64,000 bases of DNA from an uncultured Clostridia bacterium (GTDB taxonomy: Bacteria > Bacillota > Clostridia > TANB77 > CAG-508): the NCBI GenBank assembly GCA_947385375.1, contig CANDKR010000002.1, positions 76,653-140,652 on the forward strand, read 5' to 3'. Both the position numbers and the translations under genes were made by a program. Each line of letters begins with the position of its first letter. Within the stretch, counting starts at the first letter, position 1. Below, in pieces: positions 1 through 10,388 of this stretch. The notes beneath the pieces are model-generated. The model saw only the letters and a list, made by a program, of their open reading frames with translations. It did not search any database and had not been told where the DNA came from.

Positions 1-1145
1 TTTTATAATAGATAGACCAGCATTTAAGACAAAATCTATTTTAGCCCGGATATCCTTGGTTTTTAGATTGGGGACGTGATAGTTTTATTGCATTTGAAGG
101 TTTATTACTTATAACTTCAAGATTTGAAGATGCAAAGCAAGTTTTAAGAACTTTTACAAGAGATATTAAAACAGGGCTTGTGCCAAATGGTTATTCAGGT
201 TTTGACGGGAGACCTATGTACAATAGTGTTGATGCTTCACTTTTGTTGTTTGAGCAAATAAATAAATACTTAGAATATACAGGTGATTATGATTTTGTAA
301 AAGAAGAGTTATATGAAAAACTAAAAGATATAATTACAAATTATAGTCAAGGTACAAATTTAGATGATAATAATATCTATGTAGATAGTGATGGATTGCT
401 AGTTTCAGGAACTGAGAAAACACAAAATACTTGGATGGACGCTAAAATTGGTGATTATGTTGTAACACCAAGAAATGGTAAAGTCGTTGAAATAAATGCA
501 CTTTGGTATAATAGCTTGAAAACTTTAGAAAATCTTTCTAAAAAGTTTGGTGAAGAAGATGTATCAAAAGCATGTAAAGAAGCGGCTAAAAAATGTAAAA
601 CATCTTTCAATAAAAATTTCTATAATACTAGAAGGAAATGTTTATATGATGTTTTAGGTGATAATAAAATTAGACCAAACCAATTATTTGCTTTATCAAC
701 TACTTATCCAGTTATGACACTTTCAAGTGAAAAAGCAAAAAATGTATTTAATATAGTTACAGATAAATTACTTACTAGATATGGACTTAGAACTTTATCA
801 AGAATGGACGACGGATATATTGCAGAATATGAAGGAGATAGCTTTAAACGTGATATGAGCTATCATCAAGGAATTTCTTGGGTATGGCTTTTAGGCTTAT
901 ATGCAGATGCTTTTCAGAATATGATTAAAGCAGAGAAAGACCCAAAGGAAAAGAAGAGTATGCAAGCTAGATATAAAATCTTTAAAGGCAATGTTTATAC
1001 TACTTTCAAAAAAGAAATAAATGATGAGGAAGCAGTTCAAAGTATTTCAGAAGTATATAATTCTAAGCCACCATATTTGCCTGGAGGAACTTGTTCACAG
1101 GCTTGGAGTGTGTCTGAAGTCCTTAAAATTATAATTAAAAGTTAA
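1..1145 (+). CDS. Glycogen debranching enzyme (amylo-alpha-1,6-glucosidase), 5'-partial, with a +1 frameshift at C47
   Basis: Motifs TWMDAK, VEINALWY, RPNQ, YHQG, QAWS. Frame 2 reads FIIDRPAFKTKSILA up to GCC(44-46)-C-GGA; frame 3 continues GYPWFLDWGRD into ORF 180..1145, restoring the family motif AGYPWF.DWGRD. Confidence 0.9.
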
Positions 1146-1222
1146 GTCATAATTACAATTTTATCTGTGTTAAGCTAAAGTTTAATTCTGACTTAACTAA
1201 GATTAGAAAAGTGTGCAAACCA

Positions 1223-1349
1223 GCTATGCACATGATATGTGTTTCGTAGTGGACATGTGGGGACCGCCTTAGAAAATGTTTTGAACGAAGTTCATTACAT
1301 TTTCTTATGGAAGGGGAGCACGGAGAAACATATGTCATGGTGCAATAGC
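1223..1349. ncRNA. Candidate structured ncRNA (6S-like rod with central bubble)
   Basis: 1223-1245 pairs imperfectly with 1325-1349. Apical stem agaaaatgt/acattttct plus tgaac-gaa-gttca. Purine-rich internal bubble; GC-richer than flanks. Confidence 0.4.
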
Positions 1350-1374
1350 GTTTTATATAGTAATTGAGGTAACA

Positions 1375-1860
1375 ATGAGAATTTTAGGAATAGATCCCGG
1401 TTTTGCGATAACTGGTTACAGCGTAATCGATTACGTGGGAAATAAATTTAATTTAATAACTGCTGGTGCAATAGAAACAAAGGCAAAGACACCATTTCCA
1501 TATAGATTGTCTAGAATATATGACGATTTAAATGAAATAATAAATGAATACAAACCAGAGGTAATGTCTATTGAGGAATTATTTTTCAATAATAATATTA
1601 AAACTGGTATCAATGTAGCACAGGCTAGAGGAATTGTTTTACTTGCTGCTTATCAGCATCAAATTCCAATTTATGAATACACACCACTTCAAGTAAAGCA
1701 AGCTGTTGTAGGATATGGGCGAGCTGAGAAAAAGCAAGTACAAAAAATGGTACAATCAATACTTAAGGTTGATAAAATACCTAAGCTTGATGATATTACG
1801 GATAGTATGGCGATTGGGATATGTTATGCTCATTCGGCAAAATTTAGCGAACCATTATAA
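1375..1860 (+). CDS. ruvC: Holliday junction resolvase RuvC
   Basis: ILGIDPG, IEELFF, EYTPLQVKQAVVGYGRAEK, DD..D.MAI motifs. Confidence 0.97.
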   Translation: MRILGIDPGFAITGYSVIDYVGNKFNLITAGAIETKAKTPFPYRLSRIYDDLNEIINEYKPEVMSIEELFFNNNIKTGINVAQARGIVLLAAYQHQIPIYEYTPLQVKQAVVGYGRAEKKQVQKMVQSILKVDKIPKLDDITDSMAIGICYAHSAKFSEPL

Positions 1861-1866
1861 AAATGC

Positions 1867-1988
1867 GTTATAAAAATAAGCGGCGTCTTGCGTTGTTGCT
1901 GCTCATTCAAAAACAAATCAACGTACCTATGTACGCCTCATTGTTATTTGAATTCGCGCGCCTAGCAATACTTGCTTCTTTTTATAAC
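1867..1988. repeat. 122-nt palindromic structured repeat, copy 1
   Basis: Same length as and highly similar to 20622-20743. Terminal inverted repeat gttataaaaa/tttttataac with nested stems. Confidence 0.85.
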
Positions 1989-2021
1989 TCGAAAGTCAAA
2001 TTTACAATATAAAAGGAAATT

Positions 2022-2601
2022 ATGAAACTAGATAATATAAAAAACAAATTTTTAGGAAAAGAAATTAAATATTTTGAGGTTTTGCCTTCAACGCAAAGCT
2101 ATGTAAAAGAGATGGACAAGAAGAATGAAATTCAAGAAGGCGAGATTATTTTTGCTGAAAGACAGACTGATGGAGTAGGAACTCACTCAAGGAAGTGGTA
2201 TACAGGTAAAAATAATAACTTGGCTTTTAGTTTTGTACTATATCCAAACTGTAATATAAAAAACTTAGATAAGTTAACTATTATTATTGCAGAAAGTTTA
2301 GTACAAGCTGTTAAAGAACTATATCTTATCACTCTTGAGATAAAAAAACCAAATGATATTATATTTCAGGGCAAAAAGCTTTGCGGAATACTTACTGAAG
2401 GAATTACAGAAGGAGAAATCACAAAAAAAGTTTTTATTGGGATTGGTTTTAATGTAAATGAAACAATATTCCCACGGTAATTTAGGTGATATAGCTACTT
2501 CATTAAAAAGAGAGTTTAAAGCAGATTTTTCAAGGGAAGATATATTGACTAGATTTTTAGAAATCTTTGAGAAAAAATATTTAGAATTAATTGAAAGGTA
2601 A
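2022..2601 (+). CDS. birA: Biotin--protein ligase (no HTH domain), +1 frameshift at C2475
   Basis: STQ, AERQT.G.G...RKW, KKPND, KLCGILTE, GIGFNV. After TTC CCA-C-GGT the +1 frame reads GNLGDIATSLKREF...LIER*, ending 4 nt before the next ATG; 192 aa in total. Confidence 0.88.
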
Positions 2602-2605
2602 AACA

Positions 2606-3328
2606 ATGATTGAAATTCAAAATGTTAGTAAATCTTATGTAAAAGATAAAAAGACAATTGATAATTTAAATATGCAAATAAAAGATGGTGAAATTTTCGG
2701 ATTTTTAGGACCAAATGGTGCAGGAAAGACTACAACAATAAAAATGATTACTGGTATTTTAAAAATTGATGAAGGAGATATCTTAATTGACGGTAAATCA
2801 ATTAAGACTGATGCAGTAGAAGCTAAGATGAGTTTTGGCTTTGTACCAGATTCACCAGATATGTTTTTAAAGCTTAAGGGTATTGAATATCTTAATTTTA
2901 TAGCAGACATATATAAAGTACCTATCCAAGAAAGAAAAGATAAAATTGAAGCCTTATCAAAAGAATTCGGTATATATGAGAATTTGAATGAGCAAATTCA
3001 AAGCTACTCACATGGGATGAGACAAAAGATACTTATAATAGGTGTATTGTTACATGACCCAAAGAACTGGATATTAGATGAGCCATTAACTGGCTTAGAC
3101 CCAAAATCAGCTTATGATTTAAAAGAAATGATGAAGTCTCATAGTAAAAAAGGAAATACAGTATTTTTCTCAACACATGTCTTAGAAGTTGCAGAAAAAT
3201 TATGTGATAGAATAGGAATTGTAAATCAAGGTAAATTGATTTTTGTAGGCACTTATGAAGAAATGAAAGATAAGTTTAAAGAAAATAATTCCTTAGAAGA
3301 AATGTTCCTAGAAATGACAGAAAAATAG
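2606..3328 (+). CDS. ABC transporter ATP-binding protein
   Basis: GPNGAGKTT, YSHGMRQK, LDEPLTGLDP. ATG 2606 follows GAAAGG. Confidence 0.95.
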   Translation: MIEIQNVSKSYVKDKKTIDNLNMQIKDGEIFGFLGPNGAGKTTTIKMITGILKIDEGDILIDGKSIKTDAVEAKMSFGFVPDSPDMFLKLKGIEYLNFIADIYKVPIQERKDKIEALSKEFGIYENLNEQIQSYSHGMRQKILIIGVLLHDPKNWILDEPLTGLDPKSAYDLKEMMKSHSKKGNTVFFSTHVLEVAEKLCDRIGIVNQGKLIFVGTYEEMKDKFKENNSLEEMFLEMTEK

Positions 3329-3345
3329 AAAGGACTGTTAAGACA

Positions 3346-4977
3346 GTGAAAGAGACTTTAATATTAACTAAAATTTTATTTAAAAATTCATTAAATATAA
3401 ATAAAGGAAAATCTAAAGTAAAAGCAATAGCTATGAATATACTTATTTTTTTAGCTATTGCTTATGTTGCTTGTGTGATGGGATTTTTAAGTGTAGAAAT
3501 AATAGAAAGCTTAAAAACGATAAATCAAACAGGCATATTTTTAAGTCTATGTCTTATCTTAACAGTTTCAGTTTCATTGATTAGAAGTGTTATTTCATCT
3601 TTGCATTTATTATATTTTTCGAAAGACTTAGAATATTTATTACCTCTTCCAATTTCAGCGATGAAAATTGTACTTGCAAAATTTAATGTAATTATAATTT
3701 CTAGTTATGCTTTAGAAGTTTTTACACTTGCTATACCTTTTATAATCTATGGTATATATATGATGCAAGAAGTAACCTTTTATATAATGACTGCAATAGT
3801 TTTTCTATTTCTTCCAATAATTCCAGCAATACTTAGTGCACTAATATCAGTAGTTTTAATGCGATTTACTAATATGTTTAAAAATAAAGATATTGTTCAG
3901 TATGTTACAGTGATAATGTCATTTGTAATAGTTATAGCAATGCAGTTTTTCATTATGAACAATTCAGAAATGACTGAGTTTATGTTTGCAAATAAACTTT
4001 TAGAAGTAGATGGAATTGCAAAAGAAATTAGCAATTATGTGATAATAGTAAAACAAGCATTTATTTCACTTACTGAATTTGAAAGCATAGAGTATGTTAA
4101 AAATGCTATTTTTCTAATAGGAGAAAGTATAACAATATATTTGCTTGCAGGAGTGCTAACAGCTAAAACTTATATAAACAGTGCAACAAATGTTACCTCA
4201 GGAAAAAGGGTCAGAAATGTAAAATTAGATATTTCAACAAGAAGTGTTGCTAAAGCTTATATAGATAAGGAAAGAAAAATGTTGTTTAGAACACCAGTGT
4301 TTTTCTTAAATACTGTTTTACCAATATTTATTTTGCCTGTTATTATTATACTTCCATTTACCAATATAGAGGCTGTAGACAGCTTTGAGGATTTAGTTCC
4401 ATTAATTACTGCTATTTCAGCAAATATGGAAAATCCGATGGGACTAGCTATAATAGTATGTATACAAATTTTCCTATATTTATTTAATTATATATCAGTT
4501 ACAAGTATCTCAAGAGACGGTGAAAGTGCGTTTGTTATGAAATACTTGCCGATTGAACTTAATAAACAATGCAGATATAAGGCTATATTAGGGATTGTAT
4601 TAAATATTATTCCACTTTTAATTCTGCCCCTATGTATTAAAATTATTTTTTGTGCAAATACTATTTTTATATTAGAAGTAATGTTAATTGGCTTTCTTTT
4701 AAATGTGTTTATAAATTATTTTGGAGTGCTTATAGATGTATTAAATCCAAAACTACATTGGACAACAGAGTATTCTGTTGTAAAACAAAATATGAATATG
4801 CTTTGGGATATGCTATTTGTTCTTATAGTTGGTTTTATATTTTTTATGATATGCACATATTTTGAAAATGTCCATGTTCTTACTTTACTTTTATCTGGAA
4901 TTTTAGTTATTACGATAGTATTTTTAGATAATTTTGTAAAGCAAAACAATATAAACATATTTAAAAAGATTAGTTAA
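3346..4977 (+). CDS. ABC-2 type multi-pass permease
   Basis: Many hydrophobic segments; SKDLEYLLPLP and SISRDG motifs; follows the ATPase. Confidence 0.85.
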   Translation: MKETLILTKILFKNSLNINKGKSKVKAIAMNILIFLAIAYVACVMGFLSVEIIESLKTINQTGIFLSLCLILTVSVSLIRSVISSLHLLYFSKDLEYLLPLPISAMKIVLAKFNVIIISSYALEVFTLAIPFIIYGIYMMQEVTFYIMTAIVFLFLPIIPAILSALISVVLMRFTNMFKNKDIVQYVTVIMSFVIVIAMQFFIMNNSEMTEFMFANKLLEVDGIAKEISNYVIIVKQAFISLTEFESIEYVKNAIFLIGESITIYLLAGVLTAKTYINSATNVTSGKRVRNVKLDISTRSVAKAYIDKERKMLFRTPVFFLNTVLPIFILPVIIILPFTNIEAVDSFEDLVPLITAISANMENPMGLAIIVCIQIFLYLFNYISVTSISRDGESAFVMKYLPIELNKQCRYKAILGIVLNIIPLLILPLCIKIIFCANTIFILEVMLIGFLLNVFINYFGVLIDVLNPKLHWTTEYSVVKQNMNMLWDMLFVLIVGFIFFMICTYFENVHVLTLLLSGILVITIVFLDNFVKQNNINIFKKIS

Positions 4978-4989
4978 GAAAGGACGTTT

Positions 4990-5790
4990 ATGGAAGCAAG
5001 TACAAGCTTAAAACTAATTGATGAAATTTGTAAAGAAAAAGGAATTGATGAGAAAATACTTTCTTTTGGCTGGATTAGAGAACTTAAGAAAAATGGAAAA
5101 GTTTGTCACATAGTTGATGAAGCCTTTGACTTAAATCCAGCAGGCAGTTTTCTTATCGTAAATGATAAATATGCGTGTTTTGAGGTGCTAGAGAATAATG
5201 GAGTAAATAGCTTGAAACATTATATGATTTTCAATCCAGAAGGCAGAATAAAAAATGCACCCAAAATCGAAGAAGAAGTAGATAAAGCCATAGAAAAATA
5301 TGGTACAAAATTAGTAATTAAAGCAAATGATTCTTCAGAAGGACAAGAAGTGTATTTAGTAAATGGAAAAGAGGAGGCTATAAATAAAGTAGAAGATATT
5401 TTTAGCAGACATTTCTTAAGTTTAAGTATATGTCCTTTTGAAGTGATAGAAGCAGAATATAGAGTTATTTGTTTAGATGGCGAGATTTTATGTTTATATA
5501 AAAAGATTGCAGAAGGTTGGAAACATAACTTGTCACAAGGTGCTAAAATTGTAGCAGATGTAGAAAATGATGAGAAAATAGCTGAAGTAAAAGATTTAGC
5601 ACTAAGAGCATTTAAAGCAGTAAATGCTAGATTTGTTAGTGTAGATGTTTCAAAAAAAGCAAATGGCGAAATTTTTATAATGGAAATAAATGGAAGTGTT
5701 TGTATGAATAAGTTTATCGAGAATGCACCAAATGGCAAGGAAATTGCGAAAGCGGTATATGGAAAAGCACTAGATAAAATGTTTGCTTAG
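4990..5790 (+). CDS. RimK-like ATP-grasp protein
   Basis: NDKY, LVIKAN.SS.G, EYRVI, WKHNLSQGA, SVDV, IMEING. Confidence 0.8.
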   Translation: MEASTSLKLIDEICKEKGIDEKILSFGWIRELKKNGKVCHIVDEAFDLNPAGSFLIVNDKYACFEVLENNGVNSLKHYMIFNPEGRIKNAPKIEEEVDKAIEKYGTKLVIKANDSSEGQEVYLVNGKEEAINKVEDIFSRHFLSLSICPFEVIEAEYRVICLDGEILCLYKKIAEGWKHNLSQGAKIVADVENDEKIAEVKDLALRAFKAVNARFVSVDVSKKANGEIFIMEINGSVCMNKFIENAPNGKEIAKAVYGKALDKMFA

Positions 5791-5856
5791 TAGTTGATTT
5801 ATTAAGTAAAATAATGTATAATTTTGTATGTAATTAAAACTAAGGAGGACTTTGTT

Positions 5857-7158
5857 TTGGAAAAATGTTTATTATTAGGTAATGGTGGTAGAGAAGCTGT
5901 TATTGCAGAAAATATTGCAAAAACTTACAGCTTATATTCAGTGTTACCATATGAAAATCCATCTATAGTAGAATATGTAGAAAAATCAAATGGAAAATAT
6001 ATTATTGGTTCTCCATTTGATAAAGAATTAGTTAAAAAATTTATTGAAGAAGAAAATATTGAAGTTTGTGTAATAAGTAGTGATAATTTATTGCAAGATG
6101 GTTTGATTGACTTAGCAAGAAGTTTGGGACTTAAAACATTTGGACCAACAAGCAAGGCAGCAAAACTTGAGTGGAGCAAAACTTATGCATTAGATATCGT
6201 TCAAAAATTAGCACCAGAAATGGTTATTAAAAATTTTGATATTTCAAGTGTAGAAGAATTAGATAAAGCTGTCGAAAATTATTTAGATGAAAACTTTGTT
6301 GTAAAACCAGAAGGATTAACTGGTGGCAAAGGGGTTAAAGTAGGTGGAGAACATTTTAGTACAAAACAAGAAGGATATGACTATGCTAAAGAATGCTTAG
6401 AAGGCAGTGGCAAAGTTATAGTACAAGATAAAGTAAAAGGTTCTGAGTTTACAGTTATGGTATTAACAGATGGAAAAAATGTAGTACCACTTCCAATTAC
6501 TTTTGATTATCCATATAGATATGAAGAAGATAAAGGACCTGGTACTGGTGGAATGGGATGTATGAGTTTTTCAAACGGTTTACTTCCTTTCTTAGAGCAA
6601 ACAGATGTTGATAAATGTGTTGATTTAATACAAAAAACTATTAATTACGTAAATAGAGAAAGTACTGAATTTACAGGAGTTTTATATGGTGGCTTCTTTA
6701 AAACAGAAGATGGCATTAAATTTATTGAATTTAATGCACGTTTTGGAGATCCAGAAGCAATGAATGTATTAAACAGTCTTGAAACACCTTGGAATGAAGT
6801 TATGGAAAATATCTTTAAACAAAATTTAAGCAAAGAAAATTGTAAATTCAAAAAGACAAATACATTTTTAGTATACATAGTTAGCAAAGATTATGCAGTT
6901 AAGAAAAACAATGAGCCAGTTATTTTCAAATTAAATAAACAAAATATTGAAAATAAAGGTGTTAAAATTTACTTTGCCAATGCAAAAGAGATAGGACAAA
7001 ATGAATATACATCTGTAAGTAATTCAAGACTATTTGCACTTGAGAAAACAGGAGAAGATTTAGTTGAAATAAAAAAAGCTGTTTATAGAGTAATAGAAGA
7101 AGAAGTAGATACAATTTTAGATTATAGAAAAGATATAGGAGAAATTTATGAGCATTAA
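5857..7158 (+). CDS. purD: Phosphoribosylamine--glycine ligase
   Basis: GNGGRE, FGPT..AAKLEWSK, KPEGLTGGKGV, GPGTGGMG, IEFNARFGDPE. TTG start after AAGGAGG. Confidence 0.93.
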   Translation: MEKCLLLGNGGREAVIAENIAKTYSLYSVLPYENPSIVEYVEKSNGKYIIGSPFDKELVKKFIEEENIEVCVISSDNLLQDGLIDLARSLGLKTFGPTSKAAKLEWSKTYALDIVQKLAPEMVIKNFDISSVEELDKAVENYLDENFVVKPEGLTGGKGVKVGGEHFSTKQEGYDYAKECLEGSGKVIVQDKVKGSEFTVMVLTDGKNVVPLPITFDYPYRYEEDKGPGTGGMGCMSFSNGLLPFLEQTDVDKCVDLIQKTINYVNRESTEFTGVLYGGFFKTEDGIKFIEFNARFGDPEAMNVLNSLETPWNEVMENIFKQNLSKENCKFKKTNTFLVYIVSKDYAVKKNNEPVIFKLNKQNIENKGVKIYFANAKEIGQNEYTSVSNSRLFALEKTGEDLVEIKKAVYRVIEEEVDTILDYRKDIGEIYEH

Positions 7159-7723
7159 TTTAGCAGTTTTTGCTTCAGGAAGTGGCACAACACTTCAAGC
7201 AGTTATTGATAGCATAGAAACTGGTAAATTAGATGCTAAAATTACCATAGTAGTTTCTAATAATCCAGATGCTTATGCACTAGAACGTGCTAGAAAAGCG
7301 GGAATACCTGTTTATGCTATATCTTCTAAAAGCACAGAAGATATTGATAGTGAGCTTTCTGAAGTTTTAGAAGATTATGAAATAGATTTAATAGTGTTAG
7401 CTGGTTACCTAAGAAAAATAGGTGATAAGCTACTCGAAAAATATAGGATAATAAATACACATCCATCTTTACTTCCAAAGTTTGGAGGGAAAGGAATGCA
7501 TGGAATGCATGTACATCAAGCAGTAATAGATGCTAAAGAAAGTGAAAGTGGTGTAACAGTTCATTTTGTAAATGGTGAGTATGATAGTGGAAGTATTATA
7601 AGACAGACGACGGTTCCGGTATTAGAAACAGATGATGCAGAAAGTTTATCAGCAAAAGTTCAAAAAGCAGAGAAAATTCAATTAATAGAAGTTTTAAACA
7701 ATTTTTCAAAAGGAGTAATTTAA
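7148..7723 (+). CDS. purN: Phosphoribosylglycinamide formyltransferase
   Basis: FASGSGTTLQA, LAGY, INTHPSLLPKFGG, GVTVHFV...YDSG. Confidence 0.96.
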   Translation: MSINLAVFASGSGTTLQAVIDSIETGKLDAKITIVVSNNPDAYALERARKAGIPVYAISSKSTEDIDSELSEVLEDYEIDLIVLAGYLRKIGDKLLEKYRIINTHPSLLPKFGGKGMHGMHVHQAVIDAKESESGVTVHFVNGEYDSGSIIRQTTVPVLETDDAESLSAKVQKAEKIQLIEVLNNFSKGVI

Positions 7724-7728
7724 AAGGT

Positions 7729-9148
7729 ATGTTTAGTAAAATTAAAGAGGAATGTGGAATTTTTGGAATTTATGCTATGGAGAATGAGGAAGAGCTAGCA
7801 CCAACGATTGGTATTGGTTTATCTTGTTTACAACATAGAGGAGAAGAAAGTTGTGGTATTGCAATTAATGATGGAGGACTTGTTACTTGTGAAAAGGATT
7901 TAGGTTTAGTATCAGATGTATTTACACCAGACAGACTTGCAAAATTACCAACAGGAAAGATTGGCATAGGACATGTAAGATATTCTACTACTGGAGCACC
8001 AAAAAGGGAAAATGCACAGCCTATAGTAAAAAGATATGCTAAAGGAAATATATGTGTTGTACATAATGGAAATCTTACAAATACAGAAGAACTTAGAAAT
8101 GAATTAGAAGAGCATGGTGCTATATTTAATTCTACAAGTGATACAGAAGTTATTTGTTCTATTATAGCTAGAGAAAGAGTAAAAACAGGTTCAATAGAAG
8201 AAGCTGTCAAGAATGCTACAAAATATTTAAAAGGAGCTTATTCGCTTTTAGTAATGAGTTCAAGAAAATTAGTTGCTGTTCGTGATCCTTATGGTTTTAG
8301 ACCATTATGTATGGGAAGAATGGGAGACGATTATGTTTTTGCCTCTGAGAGTTGTGCTTTAGATGTAGCAGGAGCGACTTTTGAAAGAGACATCAAACCA
8401 CGGAGAAATTGTTACATTATATAAAAATGAGATCAAAACAGAAAGTTTTAGAAAAGACGAAAAAGACGGATTATGTATATTTGAATATGTATATTTTTCA
8501 AGACCAGATTCAAATATAGATGGAATGAACGTACATAAATTTAGAGAGCTTGCAGGTAAATATTTAGCAGAACAAGCCCCAGTAGAAGCCGATTTCGTTG
8601 CAGGTGTTCCAGATTCAGGGCTAGATGCTGCACTTGGATATTCAAAATATTCAAAAATACCTTATGATTTAGCTTTTGTAAAAAATAAATATATTGGTAG
8701 AACTTTTATACAATCTACTCAAACTAAAAGAAGAAATCAAGTTGCATTAAAATTAAACCCAATACCATCAACTGTTAAAGATAAGAGAATTATTTTAGTT
8801 GATGATTCAATAGTTAGAGGAACAACAATTACAAGAATTATAAAAGTACTAAGACGTGCAGGAGCAAAAGAGATACATCTAAGAGTAGCTTCGCCAGCGT
8901 TTTTAGGAATTTGCTATTTTGGAACAGATGTAACCAATAAAGATGGTCTAATTGCTACTAAAAAATCAGTAGAAGAAATTAGGCAAGAGATTGGAGCGGA
9001 TTCTTTAGAGTATTTAAGTTTAGAAAACTTAAGAAAAATTGCAGAAGGTTCAAATATGAAAGGCTTTTGTGAAGGATGCTTTACTAGCAAATATCCAATA
9101 GAAGTTCCAGACGAAATTCATAAAGACAAATTTGAAAAAATATTCTAA
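7729..9148 (+). CDS. purF: Amidophosphoribosyltransferase, +1 frameshift at C8401
   Basis: EECGIFG, QHRGEE, GHVRYST, HNGN in ORF 7729-8424; CIFEYVYFSRPDS, VDDSIVRGTT in ORF 8381-9148. Joining at CCA-C-GGA gives RDIKPGEIV and 472 aa. Confidence 0.95.
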
Positions 9149-9190
9149 AATAACAACATACTAAATATACTGTATTTAGTGAGGTATAGT

Positions 9191-10319
9191 ATGTTTAATG
9201 TAGCAGTTATAAACTTAAAAAGTTTAATAAAACATATAGTAAAAATAATCATTGCAGTAATTATTATTGCAATGATTTTTAATTTATTTATAAGGAAATC
9301 TTATATAGATAGTTATAGTTTTCATATAGCTTGCATAAATTTGATTTCTAGTAATCTAGCAGTTTCATGTGTATATGAGGAAGAAAATGAAGGAGTAAGT
9401 TTAGGAACACTTTTAGGACATGAACTTGTAATTTTTGGAAGCCAAGGGGTATTTGCGTTTGAAGATACAAACTCAAAAGAAGTGGTAGAAGCAGAAAAGA
9501 ATGACGAAGAAGTGCCTCAGGAAGAAATAGTAGAAAATACTCCAGAAGATATTCATACACTTACTACACAGGTAATTGAAGAAAATAATAAAGTAGATAA
9601 ATTTACTAATACTTATGGAAGCGTAAAAATTAGAAATGAGAGTAAATATGAGCTAACAGAAGATATGATAAGACCTACAGTAGATTTCAATAATAAAAAA
9701 GATATTATTATTTTCCATACACATACTTGTGAAAGTTATACGTCAACAGAAAAATATAATTATGTATCAACAGGAAATTTTAGAACTACAGACCTAAATT
9801 TTTCAGTTGCGCATGTCGGAGAAGTTCTTAATCAAAGACTTACTGAAAGAGGATATAATGTGACACATGACCAGACTTATCATGACTATCCAGCCTACAC
9901 TGGTTCTTATAATCGTTCTTATGCAACTGTTGACAAACTAATATCAGGAGATGTATGGACAGAATTTGTTATAGATTTACATAGAGATGCAATGGGAAAT
10001 AGTAGCGAATACGCACCAGCAGTTAGAATAGGAGATGAAGTTGGAGCACAGCTAATGTTCGTTATGGGAACAGATGGTGGAGGATTAGAACACCCGAACT
10101 GGCTTAATAATTTTAAACTAGCAGTTAAGATACAAGAAAAAGCAAATGAACTTTATCCTCGGATTATTTAAGCCAATTATCTTAAGAAATTCAAGATATA
10201 ATCAGAACTTAGCAAGTGGAGCTTGTATAATAGAAGTAGGTGCAACAGGAAATACACTTGAACAGTGTGAAGTAAGCATGAAGTACTTAGCAAATGTTAT
10301 AGCAGAAGTAATGAAATAA
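9191..10319 (+). CDS. spoIIP: Stage II sporulation protein P, +1 frameshift at C10160
   Basis: N-terminal TM, HTHTCESY, DLHRD. After TAT CCT-C-GGA the +1 frame reads GLFKPIILRNSRYNQNL...IEVGATGNT...MK*, the conserved SpoIIP C-terminus; 375 aa. Confidence 0.92.
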
Positions 10320-10322
10320 AAA

Positions 10323-10377
10323 ATCGGTGGCAAAATTTTCTAATAAATGCAAACTTTAAGAAAATCTTGCCACCGAT
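10323..10377. terminator. Hairpin between convergent genes
   Basis: atcggtggcaa...ttgccaccgat inverted repeat starting 4 nt after the frameshift-restored spoIIP stop. Confidence 0.7.
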
Positions 10378-10388
10378 ATATTTATATA

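Noticed and set aside
1153-1338. 61-aa minus-strand ORF
   Set aside because: No RBS or recognisable features; it overlaps the candidate structured RNA.
8381-9148. Independent ORF starting at TTG 8381 (likewise starts at 180 and 58714)
   Set aside because: These are internal codons of frameshifted genes; family motifs run across the junctions.
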